Shown here one piece after another: positions 49,074 through 62,800 of a DNA stretch of 64,000 nt (its first letter is position 1; every line of letters begins with the position of its first letter). Source of the stretch: Podospora anserina (lineage: Eukaryota). The translations under genes and the position numbers were made by a program. Where the stretch lies: positions 1,736,001-1,800,000 of the forward strand of contig CM030333.1 of NCBI GenBank assembly GCA_017654855.1, given 5' to 3'. A model generated the notes under the pieces. The model was given only the letters and a program-made list of their open reading frames with translations, was not told where the DNA came from and ran no database searches.

Positions 49074-49989
49074 ATGGACTCTCGACTCGGTAACATGCTC
49101 AAAATGCCTCCAATATGGAATTGGGAACAGCTTACAGACACAATATGGATTGCTTGGTCATGGTTTTGGAGTGGTGCTGCCGCGCTTTGTTCGGACGTTC
49201 TCTATTCCAAAGGGCCTCGGAAACACACCCCCTGGCTATGCCGGCTCGATTTTTGGGTGAAGATCACGATGAGTGTCATTGGACTAGCTCTGACCTGTAC
49301 GGGTATCTGGGCAGCCGTCTCCTCGGTGATAGAGGCCAAAACAGCAAACGAGTTGGCGCAGTGGACTTCGACCAAAGACTTTGTCGAGTTTTGCGAGTCT
49401 GTAAGTAAGGCCTTTTGTTTTGTAACAGCAGACCCGGATGGAAAAGTGACTGATAATCCAAAAGCATAACTTCAATGCTTCGAACTGTATGAGTGCTCGA
49501 AACAAAACACTTCCTCCTCCACCCGGCTTCTCGCTGCTTAGATGGCGTCCTTTGTCAGTTAGTTTATGGGGCTCCAACTCGACGCCAGAAGAAAGTCAAC
49601 ACTACAGCCTTGGCATTACCTCGATTCTTTGTTTCGTCATCGGTGCGATTTTTCTGGTCATCGTCATCGGAACCGCTCTCAGAAGAATCAGCTTTGGGCC
49701 AAGCCACCACTCTTCTAATCTTCCTCTTGCTCGCTCATCCAATGAGCTCACTGAAAACAACGATCGGATTGTGCAAGAAGTCGGACCCCGTCACCGGAAA
49801 TCAACTGGCAGACGTAGACGTGAAGCACGACAAGACCGAATCTCCCGATACCGAACAATCGAAAGCAATCACACGGTAGATGACGACACAAGCAGTGATG
49901 AACTATACACGCATGGAGAGGACACGAGGCGGTCGAGGTTACGGTTGCGAAGGAGGGCGAAGAGGGTGGTAACTGATGAGAATGTTTAG
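49074..49989 (+). CDS. Hypothetical membrane protein; intron 49401-49464; true start uncertain
   Basis: GTAAGT..CTGAT..AAG intron joins two ORFs in frame (FCES|HNFNASNC); two hydrophobic segments. Confidence 0.6.
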
Positions 49990-50789
49990 TTGATTCAGAA
50001 TAGCAGACATGGAAATGTTCAAACTCCAGATGGGTTATTTCCACAAAGCAGTTTGAATGGTGGATATGTAGTTGTTACGGGTTGCCATGGAAATGGTTGC
50101 GTTGAAGAAAATAATCAGAGGAAAAGCTCAACACCAGAACTGCATCATCATGGTCGTGGTGGCAGCTTCAAAGACGGAGCAAGCACAATATTCAAGGCAG
50201 CGGGTGTGCAGCAGCAGCAATGCTGGCAGTCACCAGCCCAGTAGAAGCGTCAAGTCAGAGGATGCAAGAATAATGCTCCGGGGAAGAGGACCACGGTACA
50301 TATATCATTTCCCGCATCCAACCTTGCAAGCAACGTCAGCCACCGGGCCAGAATGGGGGGGGTGGTCAGATTGGACAAAGCGATGGAGCGGGTCGAAGTC
50401 GTGTTTGCGGTTGCCTAGAAAACCAGGGTTCAATTCTACCTGTAAGCTTTGTTATTAGGTGGTTTTCGATCGTTGGTATCGTGGGGAGTTTGATGTCTAG
50501 CACTCGGGGGGGTGCGATGCCTCTTACAACCTGCATATTCGAAGTGCCGGCGAGCTTTTTTGTCATTTTCGAAGCTGTTGATCTTTTTTATTATTATTTA
50601 ACTGCGGTGTTGAGGGAGATGTCCCATCAACAAGCTCCCGGAAGAGTGAAGCTGTCAACAAAAAAGCAGAGTGGTTGTGATCTGGGAGCGAGTCGAACCA
50701 GCAGCTCAGGGACAGGGTTAGGGTTCTTTGCGCTGACTTACACGACCGATTGATTGGCGCCAGATCTTTTAATCGGGTGGATCCCCTTA

Positions 50790-50805
50790 ACGCGTCGAGA
50801 CGCGT
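50790..50805. promoter_or_regulatory. Paired MluI cell-cycle boxes (MCB) in the PRI2 promoter
   Basis: ACGCGTcgagACGCGT ~140 nt upstream of the ATG of a DNA replication gene. Confidence 0.75.
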
Positions 50806-50941
50806 CTCCCGCCATAATTGTCCACCACTCAACTCAGCACCCTTGCGCCAGCCGACCTGTCCAGTCAACAACTCCACGAAACACATACGCTCGTGATTCT
50901 TGAGCAATCAGTTTTGAAGTTGCGCTGTACAATCAACCACA

Positions 50942-52705
50942 ATGAACCGTATCGACGCCAAGAGGCGCAATGTCGTCGACCATCGCAAGAAGCAGTTCGC
51001 CGAGGCAACTTACCAGCCGCAACAATACCCCCACCGCCTCAACTTCTACACCACCCCTCCAACAGCAGATATTACTCTCGAGCAGTTTGAACAATGGGCT
51101 ATCGACAGACTAAGGATTCTTGCCGAGCTCGAGGCTTGCTCGTTCAGGAACAAGACACCGGCGGAAACAGCGGCGCACATGGAACCACTACTCAAGAAAT
51201 ACCTCCCTCTTGATAACAATAGCTCGAACCACTCCCAGCTGTTCGCCCAGAGGCAAAAAGATCACTACAGCCATTTTATTCTTCGTCTTGCGTTCTCTTC
51301 AACGGAGGACTTGCGCCGTCGGTTTACTCGTGTCGAATCGATGCTTTTCAGATTGCGCTTCCAGGGCGATGACATGAAGGAGCGCAACGCTTTTGTGCGC
51401 ACGCTGAATCTTGATTGGGAACCAGTCTCGGAGGAAGAGAAAACGGAACTTGCCGCCGAGCTGGCAGCTACAGTTGGGTTCTCCGGCAAGAGAGGGCAAC
51501 CGACGGTGCAGGATGAAGAGTGGTCAAAGGTAGACTGGGAAAGAGTCCCTGATTTGATCGAGCACAGAAAGGTGTTTGTCAAAAGGGGGAAAGCCTATGT
51601 CCCATCGAGGGAGCAGCAGAGTATGGTCATGACGGAGTTTAACGCCCGTCTGGAGAAGTCGTTGGAGGTAAACACCCCTTTTCCCAACCCCCCCTCATAT
51701 ACCTAAGTTAACTCTCCCCAGCTCACAGCCCGCGCCCTCCCCCGCCTCGACGAAGATGATCGCCTCACCCCTATCCTGAACCACCTCTCCAAAAACTTCA
51801 TCGCCCCGGACTCAGTCTACACCAACTCCTCCTCGGCCATCGAAGGCGCCGAGATCTCCGCCCGCAACATCGACAACCTCTCCCAACACTTCCCCATGTG
51901 CATGGCCCACCTCCACCGCACCCTCCGCCGCGACTCCAAGCTCCGTCACTTTGGCCGCCTGCAATACACCCTCTTCCTCAAGGGCATCGGTCTAAACCTC
52001 GAGGAATGTCTTGTCTTCTGGCGGTCCTCCTTCAACAAGATGACCGACGACGAGTTCAACAAGGGATACCGGTACAACGTCCGTCACGTCTACGGTGATG
52101 TAGGCGGTGACTCCAACAGGAGAAGCGGGGGCTACAGTCCGTACAGTTGTCAGAAGATCCTAACGGAGCATGCTCCCGGTAACGGGGAGGCGCATGGGTG
52201 TCCGTACAGGCATTTTGACGAGCAGAATTTGATGACGCTGCTGGAGGGGGTGGGGATTAGTGATAAGGGGGTGCTGCAGGGGGTGAGGGAGGATAAGCAG
52301 AAGCAGAAGTTTCATATGGCTTGTAATAGGTATGTTCTGGATCTGTTTATGTTGTGTGTTGGTTTGCATCGTTGGACCTTGGGGGGGGGAAGGTCTAGAA
52401 GGTCCAGATGTCTTGGCTAGATGGGGATGGGGACTGGGTCATGTTGTGAAACAAGGACCCTGCATATTTGCTTGTTGTATTTCGTACGAGGGGTGGTCTA
52501 GATTGCTGACATTCTTTTGACTACTAGGGTATTTGAATACGTTCACAAGAACGAGCTCAGGAGGGCAAAGGACGAGGGTATCATGACGGCTGCGCAGTTG
52601 GAGACGATTGTGCATCCTAATGAGTACTTCAAGAGGAGTTACTTGTTGAAGAATCTGGGCAAGATGAAAAAGGAAGGGGACGGCGATGTGAAGATGGAGG
52701 GTTGA
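50942..52705 (+). CDS. PRI2: DNA primase large subunit; introns ~51668-51721 and ~52330-52528
   Basis: YPHRLNFY..PP...ITLEQFEQWAIDRL, KDHYSHFILRLAF, Fe-S cysteines (FPMCM, YSCQKI, HGCPYRH, HMAC), IVHPNEYF. Confidence 0.96.
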
Positions 52706-55700
52706 GAGGTTGTACAAATCACGAGTAAGGATAGGATAGGATAGGGATGGGCGTTGTAAGAAGGAAACACTTGGTAATTTTCGACATGATGTATGACTTA
52801 CCTAGAAGTCGGCGGTGAGGTTTGAGGTTATACAACAGTCAGTTCCCCTCTGTCAGACGGGATACGAACAAATCAGGCTGTGGTTGGGTCTCAGTCCCTT
52901 ATTTTCTGATTGTCTCGGTCCCCTATTCTTTCTGCCTTTGTCTTGAACACAAGACTTGGAACTCATCCAATCGAGAAGGTGACACACCACCGACCATCCA
53001 GATCTGATATCTTTTTCGCTTTCTTCTGGTGAAGATGGAACGTTATCCCAAGGCGTCCGTCCATTCTCATCAAGTGACCATCCCAAATGTCACCTCGTCG
53101 GGAAATTGACTAACCTACATTCACACACACAAAGATAACGCACCCACCCCGTCATTGAGAGATCTAGATCTTTCAGCGGTGTATTCGGCCGCGGATATAG
53201 TAGTCTAGGTTTGGTGCTGTCTTGTGTAATGTAGTGTAGCATATAAGGCATCAAAGCCTTTTTAAACCCTAACCTGCCACCCCTACCCCCTGTTGTGGTT
53301 GGTGCCTGAGAATGATCGGCGAGACGTTCTAGGCCCCTCTCGCAACAAGTCTAGAAGCCTAACTCCGTTCCCAGACAGCGTGGGGTGTACTACCCGACTG
53401 TATCCGTTACCAAGATATTTGTGTCCCGTCAAAGGAAATGTCACCACACGTCGGCGTGTCTGCCCCGAGCCTGTAGTGTGGTCTTTCCGTGAGGCGGTAT
53501 GCTCGTGTCATAAATGCAGGTTGCCGAGAGTACAAAACACCACCTATACACCCCTTCGGCGGTAGGAGAAGGCATGCATCATTGACTGTTGGGGTAGTAA
53601 TAACCTGAAGGATGCAGGTAGTAGCAGCATGACTGAGCCTGGTACAGTACAGCTGTCCATGGGGCAGTGAAAGCCATGAACAAGCCCCGAAGACCGAGAA
53701 GAGGGTGTGGGTGTGGGTGTGTGTGTTTGCCATTCTCATACACTACCTACCTGTCACCGACCCGCACCTCACACAAAGGAACCATTCCCGTTTCATGCAG
53801 TTAGTTATTCACAACCCGGGGGAAGGACTTCAATAAATGCATCACCAAAAAAAAAAAACACCGTAGATCCCTTCCGTTCCTGGAACGGGAAGGATGGAAA
53901 GCCTCAAAAACTGCTGCCCGTCCAGCCAGCCCGTTTTAAAACCAGAGAGGTGCATCCCGAGGGGCCGAAGAGGTAAGGTGCTTGGGTCTTGTCTGTTCTC
54001 CATGCAATGCAGGTCCAAAAGGTAAATAAAAGCCTGTTTTTCTTTTTTGGCGAGCGAAATAATATTCTGGTCTATTTGTTCTTTTGCTTCTTGATGAACT
54101 GATTGTCAGACGACATCCTAAACTGCCCGTGATTCCCCGTGATGCTTTATCTCCCTCGCCTTTTATTCATATTTTTCGCAAACGTAGCGCCGAGTTGTGT
54201 CGAGTCCAGAACTTCAAATAATTTTTTGGGAGAGCAAAAAGGTTCCAGAACCTCTTGGCTACGGATCATCCCAGGGTTGGGGTTGATTCTCCCCGCTGAT
54301 CCAACAAGACAGGAATATTCTTGTGGTTTCGATTTTACATAAACTTCATCTTTCCTTTTCATTCACAAAATTAATCGCCCTTGGAATTAATGGTCACGAT
54401 GCTTCCCCTCTCTGGTATCGAGCCTTGACTGGGAAAGGAAAAGTGGGCGGAGAAAATGCTCCGCCCTGGCCTTCTTTCTTGTCCACCTTGTCCCCTGCTG
54501 CCAACTTGCCAAAAAGCTTGTTCCTCTCACTTCACTCCTCCCCCGCACTCTCAACGGCTGTCATCAGGCAGTTGTCACGGCAGACATCCAGACAAGGCAA
54601 AAAAATGATGGTATTCCCAGATCGGACATCAAAGTGTGAGATCGGTCCGAACCGGCCAAACATGTCACGTTCTGTTTCTTTTGTTTCCTTTCGGTGACTG
54701 CTTGGCGAGGTGCCCGGGAGCGGGAGGGGGGGGTTTTATTCAACCATGGGAGGGAGAAGAAAAAGATGGCGGAATTAGATCCGTGAGTCTCTGTGTTCTT
54801 GATAAGCTCCCTTTCCGCGAAATTGGAGTGTGTAATATGTGCTGTCACGTGAGGTTGTGGGTTAGGCTTGGGCTGGTTCTGGATTGGGGTTAGTTTTGAT
54901 GCCATCATCATCGCTATGTCATCGGTACACTAGGGAAAGAGAAAAAAGTGACGATGCCTTCAGATATAAAGAAACAGAGACCATGGCTGCGTCATTTGGC
55001 TACAGGACTCCCCTTTCACTCCGAGCGGATATACCATTTCATCAATACTTGGGCACCAGGGGTTTGTGTTGTGTTGCAGCAAACCCCGATATCAGCCTGA
55101 CGCGTTGTGGTTCCTTGTCTCCGCAAAATCATGTCGAGAGCGGGGAGGGGGGCGGTTGTTCAATGTGATCTTCACAAGGAATCGCAGGCGCGAGTCACCT
55201 TATTGTTCTCGGAGAGCCTCCCGGAATCCTGCGCCTATTGGAGGTGCCGGCTGTGTGTCGTACATCTATCTACCTCACAGCAACGGCGATGCAGGTTGAC
55301 AAGGTGCGTAAGGGCCGGAAAACGCAGCATGAGGTCATATGCAGCGGGTGGGTCGGTCGGAGTCGGTGATATGTCATTATCGTCGTTGGGGAACAAGAGT
55401 TCCACCAGGAGCAGGACCCTGTGTTGTTTCGGAGTGACGGGTATGTGCAGTGGGAGGATAATAGCTCAACTGACGCAGGGTTGAGATAATCTCCGAAGGT
55501 GAGCAGAAGAAGACCCTTTTCTGTTGGCTCCTGTTGCCGGAGCTGGTCCCGCTTGTGTTGTTGGATGGGCTCTTCCGTGAATCCCGATGGACGTCATCGT
55601 CGACGAGTTATGGACCAAGCTGTCCCTGCCAAGCGAGCCGAGAATGTTGTCTCGCTCTTTGCTGCAAATGTGGGTATCAAGTGCCGAAGATGTTTGTCTT

Positions 55701-57308
55701 TTAGCCATCTAAAGAGTCTTGACACTATCGAGGATTGTCTATCAGGCATATGTCACTGTCAGTCAGTGGGTGATTTGGCACTGTTGATGATATGGTTGTT
55801 GATCATCTCCTCTTCATAGCTCCAGGCGACATGCATTGTAACTCGTGTCTGCACCGCGGAGAATTTTTGTGGTTTCCAATGATAGAACTGGCTGTGTGCA
55901 TACAGGAGGGGCTGGTTGAGCTGTTGAAAGCTGCAAGCTGCAACAGTTTCAAAAGCAGGGAAGTAAGCTCTTCCTGCAGCGGCTTATTCCACTGGATGAG
56001 ACTTGGGGTCTTAAACATCTGCAAGTGTGTGTCCAATGAAGCCGTTACAACAGAACAACTGGCACAGCAACCTCTCTTCTCACTTGCTCGTCTCGGTAGC
56101 CCGCCCCGTGCTGCACTCGGTGCGGGACCTGCCCTGGTTTTCTGTGCTACTTAGGCCGCGGGGGCTATCTCCATACCCGACCACACCACGCATTGTACAG
56201 CTAGAACCATTAACATTCACAGGAAGCAGCTCTCAGGAATAGCAGCGAGTTGAGTATCTTTGTTGTGTATATTCATGATCTCGATCTCGTAAAGAAACCC
56301 TGAATATTCTCTGTGGGTATCTCTTAAATCCTAGGATAATTATCCACCCATGCGTGTAACATTCCCTTCCCTTTTGATTGACCAAATAACCCTCCCATGA
56401 TGCCATGATTCCAGAATTCCCATATCCCGATTTCCCATCCGTTTCCACCCAAGAAGAAACCCAAACGCCGCGCTCGATGATGATGATGATGATAAGCTCG
56501 GTGAATAATCCAGAAAAAATGAAGTAGTATGAAAAAGGGTAAAAAGCCCTCAATAGATTGCATGAAAGCGGGTGTCGGTTGCATCTGCCCCCTCCTGATG
56601 ACGACTTCAGCCGGCGCGAAGGCTGGAGCACATCTACGTCAGAGCTTCGCTTGGCGATAGACAGGGGTGCGTTTTGCAGCCTGACCATTGGTGGAAAAGC
56701 CGTTTTCTGAATGACACGCAAGCGACTGGCCAATCACGTCGTGACCTCCCGCTGCAGCTTGCTGCACAATGATGAACACCTTGCAACACAGCTGTCGCTT
56801 TGTGTTGATTTGGAGAATTGACAAGAGTTGCGCGCCCATGGGGCTGTCCTGAACCTGGCAGCAAAGGACGGGTTATGTCGATCTGGATCTCAGGGTCTTG
56901 CTGGTCGAGACCCTGAAAAACAAACATGGAAATGTGCGAGCAAGATCGATAATGTGCCGTGTAGCTGTTGGTTGGCGAATTATTAGACGAGCTCTTCGTG
57001 GCCTGCAACGAAGGGCATCGATTTGGCCAGGACTGCCCGTATATGGTGGTTTGTGCAGGCCATGATTGGTGAGAATTGGCGGCTGAGAGCAAGGCTGTCG
57101 CTTCGATATATGAGCGTTGCTGGTGTAAACCCGAGCCGAAGAGGAACCACCAGCCCGGCATTGCCGGTGCGCTGACAGAACTCTTGAGATGTGATCAAAA
57201 ACTCTCACATCTCAGCTTCTGCCTGCGTCTGGCGGAAGATGTCGGCGTTGACGAGCAAAGCGAGTCCGTGAGGTTTTTTTTGGCATGTCGCTTCTAGAGG
57301 TTTGTAGT

Positions 57309-57596
57309 TCACGTGTAGCCAACCATCTTGGCGCATCTGTTGCAATAGTAGATGTTGGTACCGATTTGGACCATTCCAGAGCTGTTGGGGTCGTCGGTGC
57401 TGGTCAACTCTTCGGCACGCGCACATCGCAAGCAGCGGATGACGGAGACCTGTACGGGGCGCTGTGTGGAATCCATGCTGTGTCGTACTGAGGATCGTGA
57501 GCTGGAGCTGGAGAGGTCTGAATCCGAAGCGGAGTAGGATGATGAAGAGGAGCCAGAGAGGGAGCTGTATGGTGCCTTTGGACGGTGAGACGACAT
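57309..57596 (-). CDS. Small (95 aa) Ser-rich protein with C-terminal CxxC...CxxC zinc ribbon
   Basis: MSSHRPKAPYSSLSGSSSSS...VIRCLRCAR...GMVQIGTNIYYCNRCAKMVGYT*; four regularly spaced Cys. Confidence 0.75.
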   Translation of the reverse strand: MSSHRPKAPYSSLSGSSSSSYSASDSDLSSSSSRSSVRHSMDSTQRPVQVSVIRCLRCARAEELTSTDDPNSSGMVQIGTNIYYCNRCAKMVGYT

Positions 57597-59820
57597 AGTG
57601 TCTGAGTCGTTCGTAGTAGCGGCGATTAAATGGCTGTTGTTTGTCGAGACCAGAGAGGAGCTAGACCAGAGAGGAGCTCGACCATCGGATAAGAAACTGA
57701 CTTGGGTTGAGGCCAGCGTTGAATGTTTATTTTTGGTATCCTTGGGGTGAGGAGGAGAGTTGGTGAGGGGAGTGTGTGTGCCTTTATGATGTTGGAGAGT
57801 GAGAGCGAGATGTGGGTAAAAGGGATGGACTGGGCCAGACCAAGACTTTATTCGTCTGGCTGGGTCCAACCAACAGGAGCCTGGACTTGGGGTGTGGGAG
57901 AAAAGCTCAAGCTTGCCAGGGACGGGAGCAGGGGGAGGGGGTGTGCGTTTCTGGCTACGCTACAGCGACACCGGGTAGCCCGCTGTAAGTCACACAGAAC
58001 GCCCTGCTCTTGGCTCTTGGCTTAAACTTACGCCCCGTTACATGAATGGTTTCTTGATCAGCGGGTTTGTCCTACCAAAAAGTCCTACTTTCGTGGACAC
58101 ACGTATGACCCATATGCTGCAGCAGACAAATGAACAGTGAATCAATGGCCCGAGGCTGAAGCTGGGCATGCTCAAGTTTCGTCCGTCCGTCTCTTATCTC
58201 TCGGTGCAAGCAGCGGCGCCGTTTGAAGGTTTGACGGTCTGCATCAACCAAACGTTATGGAAGTGTTGCTGCCGGAGTCTTTATTTCCGCTCGCCACAAA
58301 GAGCCATCCGCAGGTGTCAGAGCAGGATGTCCGGTGTTGTCCAGTCGAAGGATTGCGTGCTCTGCTCTGGTCTGGACTCGGGTTCGTGCATATTACCTGC
58401 CAATCCAGACCATGATCTCTCTTTCAAAGCCCGATCGCACTGCCCAGACACGCGGCTTGCCCTTGAACGCAGCGGCAGGATCCACGCTGGAAGGTCGCCT
58501 GCCACTGGCAGCGCAGTGTTAGAAAAACAACCTCTCACGTGCTGTGCCTGAGGTCGCTCCGGTTACCTAATCCCCAGCAGCCAAGTGGAAAATTACCAAA
58601 TTCACGACACATTGTGAGGGTTGGGGCTGTTGAAACCTCTGTGCCAAGAGAAAATCCAGTTAAAAGAATGAAGCTTCATGCGTGGTGCGGCCCTCACCCG
58701 GTGTTCGGCTCTGCTTAGAACAATGGCGAACCTCCGAAAATATTCTACCCTCTTTTTCTCGGCCAGGTTTGATGCCGACTTGTCCGAGGTCGCCGTTTGT
58801 ACTGTGTATTGTACCGTCAATTAAACATCAGGAACCTGAAACATTCACCATTTTCTCTTATCTCCACTCATCTCCAGCTCTCACGGACGTCTTCTTTGAT
58901 ACTGCTCCCGTCGTCCTGTTGGCAGAAAAGCTCCTGACCACTGATGGTGGCCATTCGCAGCAACACACGCAAGCAGTATCTGCTACACCTAATACATCGG
59001 AATGAGAATGCATCTGAGGATGACTCCCTTCCTCAAACAACAGTTCAAACAGAGGCAATTTAGGACCCCGATACAAGAAAGCATTGTCTCTTCACAAATG
59101 TTTGTGCGTTTTCCGTTTTCTGCCACCAAAAAGGCTTGCGTCTTGAGCGGGGTCGCTGCCCCTGGCCAACCTTAATCCCCGCCAGATGCGGACCGTTTCA
59201 AGATTCAGACCCACTCGAAAGAAGCTGGTTGGGCTGAAAGCCAGCTTGCCCACCACGAATTCGCAAATTCAAGGCAGAGCATCATTATTACAGCATTTCC
59301 ACGATTTCCCTATCGACTTCTTTGGAAATGCCATATTTCGCCGATGCCTGCTCACTCGCAGCTCTTGTTTTGGCTACACAATTTGCCCTTGAAACTGCTC
59401 CATCAAAATCGGGTTCAACCCCTCCAGCTCGCGGTCAATTCCCGCCCTGTTTCTACCCTGTTACGGTATCCTTACGGGCCCGCCCTTCCAGGTTGTCAAT
59501 GTTCTGGAATCCTGCGGCCCTTCCGTCTGGCGGAGACTGAGAGAGCTTGGGTTGTGCGTTCGAGACCGATCGATCTATCCAAAACAGAATCACGCACACA
59601 GTCACACAAACTTCCTTTCTCACTCTCCTGATTCTCGAATCCACCCGAGTTTTCTCCAACTGTGAACTAACACCCTACTTCAGCTTGGCAGGGCCCTACT
59701 GGGTAGGCTTGCGACGTTGGAGGGCGTGAAGGCAGGTTGACACCCTGCCCACAAATTAATCGACACAGTAAAAGTGAGTTAACATATATTATTTTATAGG
59801 CCATACTTCAAAAAGCAAAT

Positions 59821-59893
59821 TAATAGGTCTTCAAACATCTTTAAAGGCCTATTAACTATCTTTAAAAGCGTAATGACCATCTTTCAAGGCATA
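59821..59893. repeat. Short inverted copy (~4 units) of the 21-bp repeat family
   Basis: AGGC-like cores at 59825, 59845, 59866, 59887; 59879-59893 is the exact reverse complement of 10770-10784 (TATGCCTTGAAAGAT). Confidence 0.7.
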
Positions 59894-62800
59894 ATTTATG
59901 ATATGATATGGGAGCCTACTTGTGTGTGTCAACTATTCGGTGGTGATGGTGACTCTGATAATGCCCCACGATAAGATGGGGAGCGGGGTATCAGGAAGGT
60001 AGCCTCCGCAACCATGCAAGCCATCAATGTGATCGCTTTTGTCCAATGCCCATACTTCACCATCAAAATGCCATGCCCGATGGCTGACCATGGCCTCCGA
60101 TCGCCCCTCCTCGCCGTGGTGACATGCTCGGCTGATATAGCTTGCAGGTGTGGCGCGTGTTTGGTGTCCATCAATCAATCAATCAGGGGCGAGGACCTCG
60201 CCGTGCTGGCGTGTCATCGAGATCGATAACAGGAGAGATCTCGATGAGGAGGATCTCCAAGACTGCTTACCTACATAAATAACAAAAAGCTTAAAACACC
60301 GTCCGTCCGCTGCATCTCGATGCCTTTGCCCCTCTCTGACTTTTGGCTTTCCACCGGGCTGGCTGATCCGACCCAGTGCTTCTCGACACTCGACACACAC
60401 ACCAATGTCTGCTTCTCTGCCTGCCACCACAGTGTCCATACCACCCCAACTGGCAGCCAACATCGAATCATGGGGTGTGACGCACGCGCGGTTTGTATCT
60501 GATGGAGTGTCTACCTACATAAAACCCACCTACGGCCATCGAGGAATGAACCGACATCGAACTTTCAAACTATATCCCGTAACCAATCCCAACACAGTTG
60601 GTTCCACCTGCCGCCTTAAATTTACAAACATAGTCGATGACCGACCCAATATCGATCCGACCAGGCGTACAACAAATCTTATGGTTCGTCTCGCCACCTG
60701 CAAATCGTGTCAATCTCCCGGCTCACTTATATTTACAACAGGCAAAGATCCTCAAGTTCTCCCAACACTCGCATCGTAGAATCTCCCCCTGATCTGAACT
60801 ATCCTTGTAAGCACAAGTGGGCGTGGCATTAGCGACCAACCGACCGGCCACAAGCCATCTCTCAGTCGGTAGATTAGATCACCGAGTATTTGGTAAGAAG
60901 ACCTCTCGCTCTCGCGCCATCAGACAAAGACAAAAGGCTCTTTTTTAGTTTCGCCGGCAGAGAGAATTAGCAAAGTTTCTTACCAATCCAAGTTGAAGCA
61001 GCAACGGGACGGGTTTAAACAAACCCGGCCTATAACCGGTTTTTTTTTGGGTTTTTTTTGTTTTTTTGCAATGCGCACGGAGTCCATGTACGTAAGAATG
61101 TGGAGAGGGGAGTTTAAAGAAACTTAAACTTGAAGACACCACTCGACAAAGAACGGATGGTGCCAGAATGTCGGGTTCGGATTTTGGCTTTCAGAAAAGT
61201 TCTCCACCAAGTTCCCCGTGGACGGGAGTGTGTCTGATTTGTCAACCGTTCCGTTGGGACTTTTCAGGGTCGGGACTTGACAGGGACAACAACAGGGCGG
61301 GATGGATATCAGACGGAACTGATTAATATTTCTTTGATTATGCGTGATGGGATAGGGTTTTTAGTTCAAGCCACGGTTGCAAAGGTAACGTGCGACTGGA
61401 TGCTTTCGGAAGAGAGGTGGGATCTGGCCCGGGCTGTTGGGTCAGGAACGAAAGAGGGATGTGGATATCTGGGGGAAGAAAAAAGGATTTTGGCATCCTT
61501 GGGTCGAGAGGGACATGAGGGTGATGATGGTCTTGAGGGAGGATGAACTGGTTCATTGTTCCACGTGGAGGAGTGATGGACCCGAGTAGTCGGACCACTT
61601 TGTGGGTTGGGGGGTTGATCTAGATTCTAGAACCCATGTTGTCAGTAAAGAGCAGCGAGCTTGGGTAGACTGAACTCATATTGACTGGTAGACACATAGA
61701 CTGGCTTAACTCCGTGCCCATCCACCGTTATCCCACGTGGAGAGTGAAGCTTCGGATTCTTTATACCCTTATGACCTCAACCAGCTCACCACCCCCCTAG
61801 TTACATATGGCTTGGCTAGAATGATCCAGAAACGTGGTCAGGACTTCAACTGGTAGAGTGTAGCTTTCGTAAGCTTCGCTTCGTCAATGGCATCCCACAT
61901 GGAGGGAGTGAAAGGCACAGATCTAACATCTGATGTAGTAACATCTGGTCCACCTGTTCACCGTTTTTAGTCAGAGTCTGCTTGGCACAACCCCCAAGAC
62001 TTCACAACTGCTACACAAGTAGTCAGTAGATATATGTGGAATTGTAGATTGTTCCACGTGGAACAGATTAATCCCACACATCACCTCATGAGCTGTCATA
62101 ACGAGCTTGGCTAATCTACTGACTCATAAACTACTAACACACCAGTAAGCAACAGCTGGGTCTGGGGCTCTTTACGACATTGTTCCAAGCCTTCAAGTGA
62201 ATGCCTCAACACCAGGGCTGAAGCTCGCGCCCTTCTCGGTGACGAGACAAGCCCGGAAAACCCGAATAGCACGTAACAAGGGATCCTGGGTATCGCAGTT
62301 GCCAAGCCTGCCTTGTGTTGTGACTGCTTAGTAAAACTTCTTTGGAAAAGGAGTAGGTGAGAGAGTACCACCCTCGCTTGGGTCTTCTAAGCTTCAAGTG
62401 TGATGATATAGCGCGTTGTAGACGTAGAAAAAAGGTTGTGCCACTGGTGAATCTTCCCTGCTCATTGATCATTGCAGTCACGATGGATCGAAGTCTGAAG
62501 ACGACACGCAGTGGAACGCGTGCCGTCTTTGTCACAACAGCTTCTTTGCCTGATCATCATGAATTCACTTGAATACTGAGAGGAAAGCTCCAGGCCTTTG
62601 GTCTTTAAACAAGGAAATACCAATAAGTCGCGGTGTGATTTACGTTGACATTTTCACAAGTAGAAACGCATCAACAGATTTAGAGTTGGAGCGTGAATTA
62701 TTGGTTCCCTTCCCTATTTATTCCTGATTAAAAAGTGTTTCTATGATTTTGAGAGCGAGAGAGAGTGAGAGAGAGAGCAAGCAGCCGGCACCTGGCCACG

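Noticed and set aside
61010-61068. CGGGTTT-AAAC-AAACCCG hairpin followed by T tracts, terminator-like
   Set aside because: Eukaryotic context with a short stem in low-complexity sequence; no associated element.
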